Positions 61,749-64,000 of a stretch of 64,000 nt of DNA are shown in pieces. The notes beneath the pieces are model-generated. The model was not told the DNA's origin and ran no database searches. It was given only the letters and a program-made list of their open reading frames with translations. The DNA comes from Oculina patagonica. Lineage: Eukaryota. The number at the start of each line of letters is the position of its first letter. The first letter of the stretch is position 1. A program made the position numbers and the translations under genes. The stretch lies in assembly GCF_052425735.1 (NCBI RefSeq), contig NC_135758.1, positions 26,040,001 to 26,104,000 of the forward strand. The letters run 5' to 3'.

Positions 61749-64000
61749 GTAAGTCAGATCATAAACAATGTAAGAAAATTTCAACGTTATTCTTTCGTCC
61801 AAGGTCAAAAGATGTTCATTACGATTACATCCGGAAATTGTGTTTGTATATTTTTCGTCAACAAAGTTGCGGGAAAACAAATCCCTTCTGAAACGCTGTT
61901 ATTTTCTAAGTAGCAAGTTTACGTGCTAATATTGAGAGCAGAAATCGCCATCATTTTGACATTAAACGAATTAATTATTTTTGACGATTTGAACTGATGT
62001 AAACAAAAGACGTGTTGAAACTTATTTTTCTCCTGAAAATTGGCCATGGTGCCAGACTTTTCCAAAATAATTTATAGGCTAATTTTAATGAGTCTTCAAT
62101 TTGGGTTTTATCCAAAGTTAAACTGCTAAATGATTGATGATAAAAACTATGAATTTCCAGGTGATCAGCCCTTTTCAAAAACCAAGGAAAATTGTTAACC
62201 ATCTGCTAAAATTTTTGTAAAATTAATAAATCTACAAAAGGAAACTGAACTCTTTGAATGTACAAAACAATTTTAATTCTAACACCTTTGGTATGCCTTA
62301 TGAAAACAAGAAGGGCATTGTTACGTTGTTTGGTTAAGCTGTGTAGACCTATAAAAAGGTTTTTAATTCTTTACCAAACCTATTTTCTTGATATTTTATG
62401 TTTGTTCAAGTGGCATTCTTTGTTAAACTTTATATTTAGCAGTTTTTTGTGGGAGACTTTTTGAGAGGATTTCACCCCAGATTTACTCAGCATGTTCCTT
62501 ATAAATATGATTTCCTTATTAATTAAACATTCCAATTTCTAAAGCTGCAATTATCATTTTACTTATGTTAAATATGCTAAAAGAAGTATCAACTATAAAG
62601 TGAAATATGTTACACCCTGGTCTCATCATGTCATACCCTACAAGGTATTTTCATTTTTTATCAAATTATTTTTTTGCCGAGTCTCTCAAAATACAAATTT
62701 TTCCCTTTCTATCTTTAGGTGTTCATGTAAATGTCCTTCATTATTTAACTTTGAACAAGCAATATCAAATAATGTTTTGCAGGCAGGTGTCCAAGAATGT
62801 TATTTTTTTATTCCCACTATATTTTTTTATAAAAGAGTGAAAATAATTTTATAGTTACAAAAAAAAATTGCCTCACTGTGTTTGAAGTTTTCAAAACATG
62901 ATTTTTCCATCTGTCTTTAATAACAAAAAACATTCAATAAATGAAAATAATACAACTGATGCTGTGAGCCAACATGAAATAGGACATGAATACATAATTT
63001 AAGTAAAGGGGTTGTGAATTTCATGACTAATCCAAGCCATGGTTTTCCGCATCAGAGTTTCTTAGCTAACATATATCTCTAAGCTATGCATCTCTACGCC
63101 TGCTCAACGTTTTGTTCTACATTTGGCTTCAAAGTTCTCTGAATATTGTCAAATACACGAACTAACTAGCTAATAACTCATCATAAAGTCAAAAACATAC
63201 TAATTCTATAAAAACAGAATGTCATGTGCATCCAATCTTGCTGATTACTGATTCTTATTGCATAACCCGTCGCACCCACATGCATGCACAGAAGACATTA
63301 TAACAGGTGATTCCTCAGTATTGCATTGCACATTCTTACTATGCAGAATTTTACATGTAGCTCGCACACATAAATAAAATGGCAGATTCGCTCCTGAGAG
63401 AAATATATTGCCATTTTCTCCTCAACGAGTATGGGGACCTATCAGTTCTTTCCCTTATTTTAAGAGTGGCGATCACCGACTTTCTATAAAATGAATATAA
63501 CCAATATTTACAGCAAAAGAGTAAATTATCACCGGAAACCTGAACTGAGCCAGTACTCATAAAAAGATAATTCTATTGTGGCCTTGAGAACACTATCATA
63601 ATGATGTTTTCTAATCTGACATTTGTATTTATTTGGTCAGGGAAATTTTACTTTTATCAGGAAAAAGTCGGGGAATTTTAAAAACTGATATCTGTGGCAA
63701 CCATGTCATGAAATATACATAAAATTGTTCTTCCTTGACATCAACTGATGCAGTACATCTATTGTGGTATTTTCCCCTATTTTTCTGCTCTCACGAAGTG
63801 TAAAAAAATGTTATTAAGTGAATGGCTCAAATAAATGACAACATTTTCTATAACCTGATAAAATGAAGGAATTACAATGTAATTGCAACCTCATTCTCAG
63901 GGTCTCTCTCTCCCCTGGTTGGGTCTGGTCAAGTGCCTCCCAGAATCTGGGTGGTGACAAAAAGATTGTTAGAGGGAGCGGTGTCTTAGAATGTATTTTG

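Overview
Eukaryotic, AT-rich, intron-containing DNA with several assembly gaps; it is probably from an invertebrate, and the repeat content suggests a stony coral or other cnidarian (inference). Positions ~0.3-56.5 kb hold a tandem cluster of two-exon genes that each encode an N-terminal death-effector domain (DED) fused to a divergent Bcl-2-fold domain. BH4-, BH3-, BH1- and BH2-like segments are visible, the single phase-0 intron falls at the Bcl-2-family position in BH2, and there is no C-terminal membrane anchor. There are two subfamilies. 'A' genes lie on the minus strand (six with open spliced frames plus DED-only remnants). 'B' genes lie on the plus strand (one intact, one frameshifted, four decayed). 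Where both survive they form head-to-head A/B pairs. Two complete HDV-like ribozyme folds lie in sense orientation just 3' of A1 and A2, and a near-invariant 135-nt structured element lies in the 3' region of both B genes. A young 3.2-kb Tc1/IS630-superfamily transposon (DD38E, Pax-like paired domain, 111-bp TIRs) carries a second cargo ORF. MITEs, LINE fragments with very long hexamer tails and a 110-bp tandem array fill the spacers. The right end has a dienelactone-hydrolase-family gene head-to-head with the first coding exon of an AKNA-like gene. All domain calls are by-eye motif matches; no database searches were run.
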